Assembly (NCBI GenBank): GCA_013239625.1
Contig: MU053352.1
Coordinates: forward strand, 479,485-543,484
Direction of reading: 5' to 3'
Origin: Lama guanicoe
Lineage: Eukaryota
DNA: 64,000 nt
Shown: one piece after another, positions 26,361-37,069 of the stretch
How the letters are laid out: every line of letters begins with the position of its first letter
How positions within the stretch are numbered: the stretch's first letter is position 1
The notes under the pieces: model-generated
The model's input: only the letters and a program-made list of their open reading frames with translations
What the model was told of the DNA's origin: nothing
The model's database searches: none
Program-made: the position numbers and the translations under genes

Positions 26361-26478
26361 CAGGCTGCGTGGTAGAGCACAGGCTTAGCATGCACAAAGT
26401 CCTGGGTTCAATCCCCAGGACCTCCATTAAAATAAGTAAACCTAATTGCCTCCCCCAACCTAAAAAAGAAAAAAAAAA
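26361..26478 (+). mobile_element. tRNA-derived SINE (Vic-1-like)
   Basis: ggtagagcacaggcttagcatgcacaaagtcctgggttcaatcccca plus A tail. Confidence 0.85.
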
Positions 26479-27333
26479 TTAAGGTTGGTACAGAGGGGCT
26501 TGCTTATTTTACAGCTGACTCTTGTGCCAGCATCATTTTTTTTAGGTTTCATCCCCCCTCCCCGACCTTTACCACCTAATCAAAGCTGATACGCCAAGGG
26601 GAAAAGCCTATTATTACCTCTACTTCAGGACCTCAGGTGGGGCTTTGCACTGAGCACCCTGAAGGCAGGATCTCGAAGGAGCTTTTCTGTTCATAATTCA
26701 TGCTGTCTCCTGTCATCAAGGATTTGGGGTTTAATGAGAAAAGTTGTGTGTGTAATAAAATCATCAAAAATAGGCTGTGCAGAGATGGGAACAGTGACCC
26801 CACATGGTGAGTACTGGCAGCTGAGGAGACCTGGAAGAAGACAGTTGTGGATTTTCTGGTTGCCGAGTTAAGATGGAAAACCGTAGGAGTACAGAGAGAT
26901 TTAGGTTCTGGGGTTGTCTCTGGAATGTCCTTTCCCAGCTGGAAGGGCTGTTGCTCCAGGGTGTACTTCTGGCCGTGTTCTTCCGCCTTCCCAGCCTAAT
27001 CGTGTGCTGGGGAAATGGCCGAAGTGCAGGCTGCAAAGGCAGGTCCCCGTCACCACAGACGAGGTAGGTTGAAGTTTCTGTGCTTTAACTACCTTTGTCT
27101 TAGAGCTCAATCTAGGTTTTGATGAGAGTGAATTGTGAGCAAGGGATGATGCACTTGAGACACTGCCTGTTTGGCCCATTCTGTTTCTTCCAGCAGCTAA
27201 TCACCAGAATATTGCAGTTGGCCTCAGCCACCTATAGACAGAAGGGGACTCTCCACCTTGAGTAGTTTGGCCAGTTAATCCTGACCGAAAGGCATTTAGA
27301 GAATGTGGTAATACAAATTGCTTTTCTCTGCAG

Positions 27334-27466
27334 CTTTCTCCTTCCTTCACTCCTACCTCAGTGATTCGTAAGATGTACGAGAGCAAAGAGAAAAGCAAGG
27401 AGGAGCCAGCATCTGGAAAAGCAGCTCTTGGGGACAGTAAAGAGGACACTCAGAAGGCCAGTGAAG
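27334..27466 (+). CDS. EIF4ENIF1: EIF4ENIF1 exon 16 (LSPSFTPTSVIRKMYESKEK...QKASE)
   Basis: ctgcag| acceptor, AAG|gtactg donor, 133 nt. Confidence 0.95.
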
Positions 27467-28605
27467 GTACTGCAGAGCTGTTGAGGATGTGCTGCCCGAC
27501 AAGTGTGCCGGAGAGCATCAGCCTGCGTGCTGACCAGCCCGACCTGATTCTCTGCAAAGCCCTGGGCAAGACCCCTGGCTGCTTTGGACCACGGTTCTGG
27601 GTCTAACAATGAGAAGGGCTGGTCAGCTCATAGTCACTTAGGCACTAGAAATTCTGACCAATCTAATGCGGTATGAATGCTAGTGTTAGACAGCAAGAGC
27701 AAGCGTTAGCTTAGGATCCCTATTTAGGCTTGAATTATCAGTATGTTGATTTGGCAGATTAACAAAAGTTCAGTTTTATTTCTGAAAGGTTCTCTCTAGT
27801 CTGCAGAGACTAATTATCCAATAAAAATTCTGTGCAGTGGGTGAAGCATATAGGAGGTGTGTGAGAGCCTTAAAAGTGTATAGAAAATTAGAGAGGTTTT
27901 TAGGAGTTGCACAGTTGGGATTGTTAAAGACATGGCAAAACAGATTCTAATAAGTGAGGCTTACATAGGTTAGAGTATTGGTCTGAGAGCTTTTTGCCTC
28001 TGCGAAAGCTTCTGGGAAAAAGGAAATCCTATTGGTCCTACTAAAAGTCAGTTCAGTTTCCCTCACCAGACTGTAATTGCTCTTTAAGCTTTCTGCTGTG
28101 ATGGATTTGCATAATTTTACTCACTTGATCTCCCCGGGAGGCTAAAAAGCATGTTAATCCCAAGCAGCTGATTAGGATAGGACTAGCTCCCCGCAGATCC
28201 CAGACCACGGCCCTGGGGCAGAGCAGGTGCCCAGCTGAGTTGGACCACAGGGCCTGACGGGCCAGGCTAGCTTGCCCGTAGCTGTTCCTGGGTCGAGGGG
28301 ATTGTAAGAACAAAGATGCAGGCTTTTTATATGTTATCACTTCAGAGCCTTTGGTTTTTTAGAGTGTAGCAAAAATGAACTGTGTTCCAGCAAGGTGTTG
28401 GAAGCCTGGAAAACGTGGAGTCTAGTCTCAGCTCTGTCCCTGACTCCCGTGACCTTGACTGGGCCTGTTCATAAGGCAAAATGATGGTCCCTTTGGTGCA
28501 GTTCTCTCTATCTGTTGAGGGGATCGAATAAGGATTGTGAAGTTTCTAAGAAATGAGTTACTGGATCATTGGGAGGACCAAAATATTCTGTCTGAATCCT
28601 TACAG

Positions 28606-28950
28606 AGAACCTCCTGTCATCCAACTCTGTGCCCACTGCTGATAGAAACTCTTCTCCCACTACAAATCCCAAACTGTCGACGCTGCAGCGGTCTTCATGT
28701 TCCACCCCACTGTCCCAGACCAACCGTTACACCAAAGAACAAGATTATCGACCTAAAGCAACTGGGAGAAAAACACCCACCTTGGCATCCCCAGTTCCAG
28801 GAACACCTTTTCTCCGTCCTGTCCACCAAGTTCCCCTTGTCCCCCACGTCCCAATTGTGCGGCCTGCTCACCAGCTTCACCCAGGGTTGGTCCAAAGGAT
28901 GCTGGCCCAGGGAGTACATCCACAGCATCTTCCAAGTCTGCTCCAAGCTG
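28606..28950 (+). CDS. EIF4ENIF1: EIF4ENIF1 exon 17 (NLLSSNSVPTADR...LHPGLVQRMLAQGVHPQHLPSLLQA)
   Basis: ttacag| acceptor, CTG|gtgagt donor, 345 nt; ORF 28629..29024. Confidence 0.96.
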
Positions 28951-29221
28951 GTGAGTCTGACCTGCCATGGCAGCAGCTGCTAGAACTGATGACATGCTGT
29001 GCTGTGGGAGGTTTGCATCCTTAGAAAGATGTTACTAGGTTTTTTTTTTCCATTTTAACCAGTAGGTCCAATCTAATCTATCCCTTTGTCCACTAAAAGA
29101 TTAGGAACCTAGCTTAAGCATTCTTCATTCTGAATAAACTTTCAGATTAGCAAAACTGTACAGCCAAGCTTAAAAATTTCCAGGTAGAGTATTTCTCACG
29201 TTTCTTCTTTCTGCCCAATAG

Positions 29222-29386
29222 GTGTGCTTCCTCCTGGGATGGACCTTACTCATTTACAGGGAATATCTGGCCCAATCCTGGGTCAACCTTTTTACCCTTT
29301 ACCTGCCACTAGTCACCCTCTCCTAAACCCTCGTCCTGGGACACCTCTGCATCTGGCAATGATGCAACAGCAGCTACAGCGCTCAG
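29222..29386 (+). CDS. EIF4ENIF1: EIF4ENIF1 exon 18 (VLPPGMDLTHLQGISGP...QQQLQRS)
   Basis: caatag| acceptor, CAG|gtaggt donor, 165 nt. Confidence 0.95.
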
Positions 29387-29973
29387 GTAGGTTCAGGAAT
29401 GGGCCAGGTAAGCTGAGGATGGGCTGAATAGGCTCAGTTTTTGGACCAGTTCCCAGTGAAGGGGATGAAATGATACCGACCATCATTCTTTAACTTATCC
29501 TAGCAAGACTGGGATAGGGGTGTAACCAGAGAACAGGATGAAGTAAACCAACCTCTGGGATTTGGAACCCCTGTGAAGACAGTGGGAGAGCCAGGTGTGC
29601 TCTGGCTTTTTTTGTCCTTTGCCTCCTAGGAGAGGAGGCTGAGAATCCTTCCAACAGTTCAGCATAGGGACTGCCAAGAGTAGATGCTCTCACCAGCTCA
29701 TGTCAGTGCTTCTGTGATGTGGCTGCTTGTCATGTGAAGTAGTGATGTCATCTAGGATGGGTTCTCAGTATGGATGGCTCCTGAATAGCTCAGCTTCCCA
29801 AGGTACTCTCTTCTGGTATTTTGCAGAGGGGTTTCCTAAAGAAGCCTGGAATCGATCATCTGGTAAAGAATTCTGTCTGGAGTTTTATAGATAGGGTTTG
29901 AGTGAAGCAGGGCCCTAGAGAACTACTTCCTGCCTTGTGCGCTGAGTAGTAACCTCGCCTCTTATCCCCACAG

Positions 29974-30215
29974 TTCTCCATCCTCCAGGCTCTGGTTCCC
30001 AGGCAGCAGCTGTCAGCGTTCAGACGACACCCCAGAATGTGCCCAGCCGGTCCAGCCTGCCCCACATGCACTCCCAGCTGGAGCACCGCCCCAGCCAGAG
30101 AAGCAGCTCCCCAGTGGGCCTCGCCAAGTGGTTTGGCTCGGATGTGCTGCAGCAGCCCCTACCCTCCATGCCCGCCAAGGTCATCAGTGTAGATGAACTG
30201 GAATACCGACAGTGA
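29974..30215 (+). CDS. EIF4ENIF1: EIF4ENIF1 last coding exon (LHPPGSGS...GLAKWFGSDVLQQPLPSMPAKVISVDELEYRQ*), LSM14-binding C-terminus
   Basis: ccacag| acceptor, TGA at 30213-30215; all exons sum to 2862 nt, in frame. Confidence 0.97.
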
Positions 30216-30515
30216 ACAGGCAGGCAGGCTCGCCGGAGCCTGGACCCTGGTGGCACCTGGTCAGAGCTCTGCTTCCTCATCTCGGGTTGATTTATGGGCC
30301 TTTACTTTGTGGCACTCTGAGCAAAGCTGTTCACGGCACCCAGGCACCTGGTGTGGTCTGCATCCTGACAGAAGGAACTTAACCGAGTGGAACCTACGTG
30401 GTCTGAATACAGGATGCACGGTGTTGTCAGTCCTGGAAACAGTCTTTTTTTGTAAGATATGTGAATGAAGTGTTGGTGTCTTCACCAAGAGGTGACACCT
30501 TAAGGGTTCTAAGGA

Positions 30516-30698
30516 AATAAATGTATAGAACCTTGTGTACAGACCTGTGTATAAACAACTTTTGTACATACATATAGGATAGCTTTTTTGAACTTATACA
30601 GCTGTACATAAAAGTAGATGACATTAGTTAAGCCTGTGTCAAGTTTGGATTTTTTTTTCCACTTGTACATTTGGAACTTTTTCTTTTGGTCTATTAAA
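30516..30698 (+). terminator. EIF4ENIF1: EIF4ENIF1 poly(A) signals: proximal AATAAA (30516-30521) and distal ATTAAA (30693-30698)
   Basis: Hexamers seen directly; TGTA motifs upstream of the distal site and a GT/T-rich tract (ctgttgtgtttttct) ~40 nt downstream. Confidence 0.7.
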
Positions 30699-32459
30699 GT
30701 TGCATATGCTAAGTGTGTGAATGAAGTGAACGGCACTGTTGTGTTTTTCTTCCTGAATCCCTTCCTTGAGGGAGATTATCTGAAGTTTTAATTTTTCTTT
30801 AAAGCTCATGGAATTGAACTCTCATTTAGGAAAAGGAAGCTATGGCCCTCTTTCTTGGGCCTTGAAGACCTCAATGGGTCAGTTTAGGGTGGGCTGACAC
30901 TACAGGTATTTTGTGGCTAATACCAGATTACAGTGTATAGTTTCTAAAATTAAACCCATGTCTGTTTACTAGGTAATCATGTATATTATGGTAGTTTCTC
31001 CCAAACAAATCCACATTTACTGGGGCAAATGTCAACAATTGGTTGGCTTCCTGTTCTCCAGGTCAGTCCCCCTATAGGGCAAAATGGGGTCTCAGATTCT
31101 TGATTCAGTCTAATTTTTTTCCATATAGAACTTCCCTCAAGACTCTGGTGTCTGTGTTAACTGATCCCTTGTGTTGTATCTCCTTCCTCAGCTCACAGTT
31201 ACTTTCATTATTCACCTTAATTTCATGCACCACATTCTGGAAAAAAGGATCCTACCAGAATACTCTATGGTCTTGAGTCTCCTTTGCTGACTGAAGGTTT
31301 TTCAGTCCTATTGCTCTGAGGTGACAATCTTATTTTACAAGCTCCTCAACTGAACTCATCTAATTTCTCAATACTTGTCCATTTAGGGCCATTAAAGCTA
31401 CTTTGACTTCATACTAGAGGGTCAAGTAATAAGACCATTCTCATTCACAGGTAAAGTAGGTAAGGTGATTGGATGTTGACTACAAGGGTGAAAAACAGCC
31501 TGAGTGTTGGGTGTAGCCAGTAAACCTGGAGCTGCTCACCCTGCCCAGTGCATCCAGAAACACAAGAAAGCAAGTTGTCCTTCACCAAAAATCTGGCTTT
31601 GTGGATTGAGCATGAGGTCTGTTTCTTCCTGGTACTTCAACTTCATTAGCACTCCCTCCCCCAGTGGGATGAGCTGACTGTAATTCCTCAGCTACAGAAA
31701 TACGCCGTTTAGACTTTTCCCAAATGCCTTGTTTCCTAGTTGAAACTGGAAACGTCTCTGAAGAACAGTGGCAGAGCACAGACACCTGAATCAGTTTCAT
31801 CTTTCCTGTGTCCTCTTTCATGCTGAACCAACAGTTTTAGGTGTAGAGTAGGGAAGATTGGGTTGGAGCTGTCAGTAAGAGCTTTATTTTCAGGCTAGAA
31901 GCTGGGATGACATAAACAAACACGTGTAGGCACGAAGCAAAGGGAAAAGCCATCAGCCAATAATTGGTGAGATGGAGCCAGAAGGAAATATGTTGCTGAG
32001 AAAAGAGCAGAAGCTAGTTACGCAGATCTTAACAAAAACTACTCTAGTGAATGGGACAGAGTAGAGGCAGAAGAGGAAGCTAATGCAGTCTTCATGAGCT
32101 AAGAGGCAGACAAAGGATAAGGGCAGGAGAAAGTGCTGTCTCCGCTAACATGTCTTACATGGTACAACTCTGAGAACTTTAGCAGCAATCAAGGCCAGAA
32201 GGACATGCAAGACCGCCTCAAAGTGAAAAAACAGGACCACAGAGAATTTCATGGAAGCTAAGGGGGGGCAGGTAAAAAAGGAAAGGGTAGCCAGCACTTG
32301 GGATTAGTTAGCAGTAATCAATAAGAAGGGGGGGTGGGGGCGGGAACGTACAGCCAGGCCTTCTTCCAGGAGATAGCTATTGAGTATATTAAGATGGAAG
32401 GGAAGTCAGGTCTACTGGCCTGCAAATGAGACAAAGACACTCCAGGAATGAAAATAACT

Positions 32460-32840
32460 TACAGGAGTACCTGATTCTTCAATAATTCTATTCCCTTTAC
32501 TAACAGTTGGTTCAAGAATGGGTATGTGACCCAATTTAGGCTATGAGACACAAGGACAAATTGGCTGGCACCCTCTGGAAAATGGCTTCCCCAAAAGAGC
32601 AATGTACAGCTTGGGACTGAGCATTCTGTGGCTGAGGGAGGCCAGCTGACCAGCAGAGCCAACAAACTACAATGGACAGAGTAGCTTGTTGGAAAGAATT
32701 TGGATCCTCAATGACACACCAGCAACCACAAGCCCTTCTGAGCTCCAGACAGCTTATGCGAGAGAACAGCTTCCTTCCATTTCAGCTGGTTAAGTTAGTT
32801 TCTGCTGTTAAACACAGCTAAAAGCATCCACAGTTAATGG
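32460..32840. mobile_element. Probable MaLR (MLT1-type) LTR remnant
   Basis: ttggttcaagaatgggtatgtgacccaatttaggctatgaga and gttagtttctgctgttaaacacagctaaaagcatcc resemble MLT1 text. Confidence 0.45.
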
Positions 32841-34199
32841 CACAGGACAGTGATCTGCTTAGCTGTGCTAAAACAGATTAGGAAAGAAAGATGGAATATG
32901 TACCAGCACAGGAAATTCAAGCCATGCTGTGACAGCCAAACAACTCTAGTCTTGGAGTTCATGAAGAGAAAGCTTTGCAGTGTAGGAATAAGCCTCCTTG
33001 ATGGCCCCTACGCCAGGCAGCATTTCTAACACAAAACTATACCTGTCTCCCAAAACTCCCAACTCTGAGCCCAAAAAGGGAGAGAAAGGAGTAGGATTCT
33101 CCCCCAAATGCCCCCAGGGGTCCACTGATAGGGGAAGGAGAAGATGCTGAATGATGGAAGCAAGGCCTTGGATGAACTTGGATTTCAGCAACCTTCTCTC
33201 CCCAACATCCTGGCATTTCATTGAAGCCCAGCGAAAGTGATTTTGAGGATTCCCCGAAAACACCACCTATGCTGGGGCTGGAGAGCAAACCCTGGTGGAA
33301 ATCCCATAGCTCAGAAAGCCAACGTTTCTCTAAAGAGTTGGGGTAGGCTCTAGATTATGGCCTCTATCGTGAACGTACCAGTGATACCAAGGTCTACTGC
33401 AAAGTGACTAGGATACCAGGCCTGAGAGGCTTATCTCCTGGGTCTGGGGACAGTGCTACGCCCAAGCTCTAGGAAGACTATCAGAGGGAAATAACTGTCA
33501 CTAAGGTAACAGGAGTAACAAGTACTGGAAATGGCTAAGTATGTGGATAATCCCACATCCTCACTCCTCACAACCTGCTAGAGGATCTAGCTCACTTCAT
33601 CTAAAATCAAACTGTCTTCCTATGTTTCTCTTCTCTCTGATTTTCTCAGGGGCTACCCTTCTCTATCACCCCTGTAATCTATACTGGAATAATCTTTGAC
33701 TTTTCTTCCTCCAAAGAGCAAGTTAGTCAGTTACTGAGTTTCGCTTTCTCCTCTGTACCTATACGCCCAAACCCTTCCTCTGCCCATATTCTCACTAGCC
33801 CAGTTCAACACACAGATTTTTGTCAATTTCCCATTATCAAGGCAATTCCTTTAAATTTCTTTATTCCCAGTCCAAAACCTCTAATTATATGCCCTTTGTA
33901 CCCTCTAAGTAGTCCTGACCCAATGGCTCCTCCTAAACTAACCTCCCACCTCCATACATACACGTGTACCCACAAACCTGTTCTGATCACATTGGTTGCC
34001 TCCCTTGCAATATTCTGCCTCCATGCCTTCACCCAGGTTATGTGGCTGGGGCCAGGACTGCCATGGGAGTGCAAGCAGAAGGGCTGGGCTATGAGAAAGG
34101 AGACACTTAGTGGTGCTCAGCTGGCCGCATGATTCAGCTCAATATTCAGCCCAACATTGACAACACAACTGTGCTCTAACTAGAGGAAAGGGAACAACA

Positions 34200-34440
34200 T
34201 GAGCCAACATTCACCAAGTACTTATATGCCAGACACTATGCTAATAAGCATTTTGCAAGTACCATCTCTCTTAATACTAAGAATCTTCATTCTAGAAGTG
34301 TCACTACTACCTCGATGTTACACAAGGAAATCGAGGCTTATAGAAGTTGAGTAATTTCTGCAGGGTTCTACGGCTAATTAGAAGCAGGCCTGCAATCCAA
34401 AGCCTGATGTGCCTGGTCAGAGTGTTTTACTCAACTGCCA
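34200..34440 (+). mobile_element. MIR-like remnant
   Basis: tacttatatgccagacactatgcta...aggaaatcgaggcttatagaagttgagtaatt. Confidence 0.55.
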
Positions 34441-34936
34441 CACTACACCATCTCCCAAGTGGGCTAGCCTTGCAGGGAATAATCAGTTAGCTTACATCAA
34501 GTCCTTTCTCCAGTATCATCTAGGAAAGACCACCGGAAAGGACTGAAGGCCACATCAGGTTGGAAGGGTTTCCCATAACTAACCATCAGGTGAGATGCTG
34601 CAGTCACACCGCTATCCATTTCACATTTAAGACCAAGCTCCCAAGTCCCCCTTGTGCAGTTGTCTCACCATACATACCCATCCTCATTCAGTCCACCCCA
34701 GAACAAATTCTGACAATGACACATGAACTGTACATAGATGGCTGGCCTACCAGGTCCTTTATGCAGTTCAACATACAAGGCGATACTAAGTTAAGACAAA
34801 TGACGTTCCTAGTTGGGAGCCTCCATCTCCCTCCCCTGTATCCTGGCTGCCAAAGCCAGACGGGGATTGGGGTCGGGTGTTTGGTCATGGGGAAAGCTGC
34901 TGTGGTTGGCCCGGCAGATGGTGGATGGGGAAGATT

Positions 34937-35036
34937 TCACTTCTTCACAATCTGAATGACATCCTCGTCCTCCAACGTATGGTCTTTACCCACTTTCTGA
35001 GGATTGTGTTTCACAGAGAGACCCCAGACCAGAGCG
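34937..35036 (-). CDS. DRG1: DRG1 exon 9, C-terminal TGS domain ([32 protein letters not shown])
   Basis: Minus-strand ccttccatgcag| acceptor, TGA at 34939-34937, 100 nt. Confidence 0.96.
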
Positions 35037-36812
35037 CTGCATGGAAGGGAAAAAAAGAACAGTCAGTGTAAATAATCACCTAGCTCCTGTGCTATCTACC
35101 TAGGTGCCACTTTCTGCTCAGATTTAGCATTCTAGTTCTTAAGAGCCAAAGGCTTAGACAGCCAAGGTCTCCTGTCCCCAGGCAAGGTCCAGAGGCTTTA
35201 GCTTCCCCAACAGTGTGGCACACTGGAGCCTTGACATAAAAAGTGGCAAGGACTTTTGGAAGTTGTGTGGTTCCTCTTGTTCCAGAGCCAACTTAGAAAA
35301 GTCAAAAAGAAAAAACTGCAAATGAGAAGTGTGACAAGACTAATTTAAAATTAAAAGGAGAAAGTATAGGTTTATTATAGAGAAATACTCTGAAGTAATC
35401 GATTGGAAATTCATTCCTACAGATGCAATGTCAGTTACAGACTGTTATGGAATACCAGTTTTTGCTGGGCCTACTGAAACCATCAGCAGGTACTAATAAA
35501 TGTAGGACTTCCTTCCTCAGCCATGCTAGGAAAATACTCCCTCCCTATTAAGAAACCCTAACTGATATGGTCTCCTGATTTCTTAGAATACGGGAAGGTA
35601 AATTTTATCCAATACTAAGAGTATGATGTGTTACTAATGGAAATCAGTGAAAAAGACACTGAGACCAGACACAGAAGCTAAGAACTATGTAGCAAAGGAT
35701 AGCAAATGGTGGCCATATTATTATTATATTGTCTTTGCACCAAAATTTCTTTAAAATCTATATTCCACCCCCCCCAAAAAATCACTACACAAAATCTCAC
35801 TTTTTAAATAAAAACAGATAAATAACAGGAACAGATATAACAGCATTAGTACAACAAATACATATAAAAATTTTCAAATGTACTTTAACAAGCGAAATAC
35901 ATGCAAGGTAACCATTTTACTATCTTAAACTAGAAAGCTGGTTTTCAGCAATCATACTCAATGCCTTCCGTTCTGCCGATGGCCATGTAACAGGTTCAGT
36001 CCTTTCAGGAAGCAATGCAGCAAAACGTATCAAAAGCCATATAATCATTAATCCTACTTTTGGACTAAAGAAATGAAAAACCCAGTTTATAGGATTATAA
36101 AAGTGACACATATGAGTATTATAACACATGGAAAACATGTGTATAGTAAATTATCAAAGGATGTGTGCATGCAGTCAAGGGCGCAAAGGGAATGGAACAG
36201 GGACATATGTTATAATTAGCAGGCCTAAGCTGAATTTTCTTATTATTAAAATACCAGTTGTGCAATAATTAAAAACAGGAAAATAGTTACCAAGTAAAAT
36301 TCTACTTGCTTTGATATGTCTCTTCTCCAAAATATTTTTCTCCCCTTTCATTTAATTCCCTGGTTAACTTACAGTTCAGAGGCTTTGAACAGTATTCTGT
36401 TACCATGGAAGGCAAGAACCACACAGAAATTTATGAGGTTTTGAAAAAAGAAAATGTCTCCCTTTCCCCAAGAATCTCCTTTATTGATTCAAGTATGTGC
36501 CAAAATATAATGTTTGAGGATAGGAGAAATCAGCATCTATGTGTGGAATATAGTTATTTTTGATAAAAGGAATATGAAGCTTAATAAAAGAATTCACTCT
36601 TTCAGTATTTTTATGATCACAAACAAGTATTTTTTAAAACATCGCTATTTTTATGCTTTCCTGATTTTCTACAATTATTTTCTATTTTTTTATTTTTAAA
36701 ATAATTTTTTAAATTTCAGCCTGTAAAAATGGAAAGAATAATTCATTAATACTGTAATTTAGTTAGTTATAATATTTCTCACAGGATTATGGGTTGCAAT
36801 TCTGAGCTACTT

Positions 36813-36865
36813 CATATATATATTTATATACTATATATATATATATATATATACACACACGCACA
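36813..36865. repeat. (TA)n(CA)n microsatellite
   Basis: Seen directly. Confidence 0.9.
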
Positions 36866-36945
36866 AAAGAATTAAATAAGCAGATTACATATAATGACAG
36901 CCAAGCTTCTCACTGTTAAAGAAATTTAGAAGTAAGAAAAACGAT

Positions 36946-37060
36946 GGCGGGAGGGTATAACTCAGTGATAGAGTGCATGCGTAGCATGTACGAGATCCTG
37001 GGTTCAATCCTCAGTACCTCTATTAAAAAATAAAATTTAATTAAAATTTTAAAAAAACAA
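36946..37060 (+). mobile_element. tRNA-derived SINE (Vic-1-like)
   Basis: gggagggtataactcagtgatagagtgcatgc...tcctgggttcaatcctcagtacctc. Confidence 0.88.
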
Positions 37061-37069
37061 AAGGCTAAA

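Noticed and set aside
32946..33288. Intergenic ORFs between the two 3' ends
   Set aside because: Near-cognate or weak starts, no recognisable homology, no promoter or splice support.
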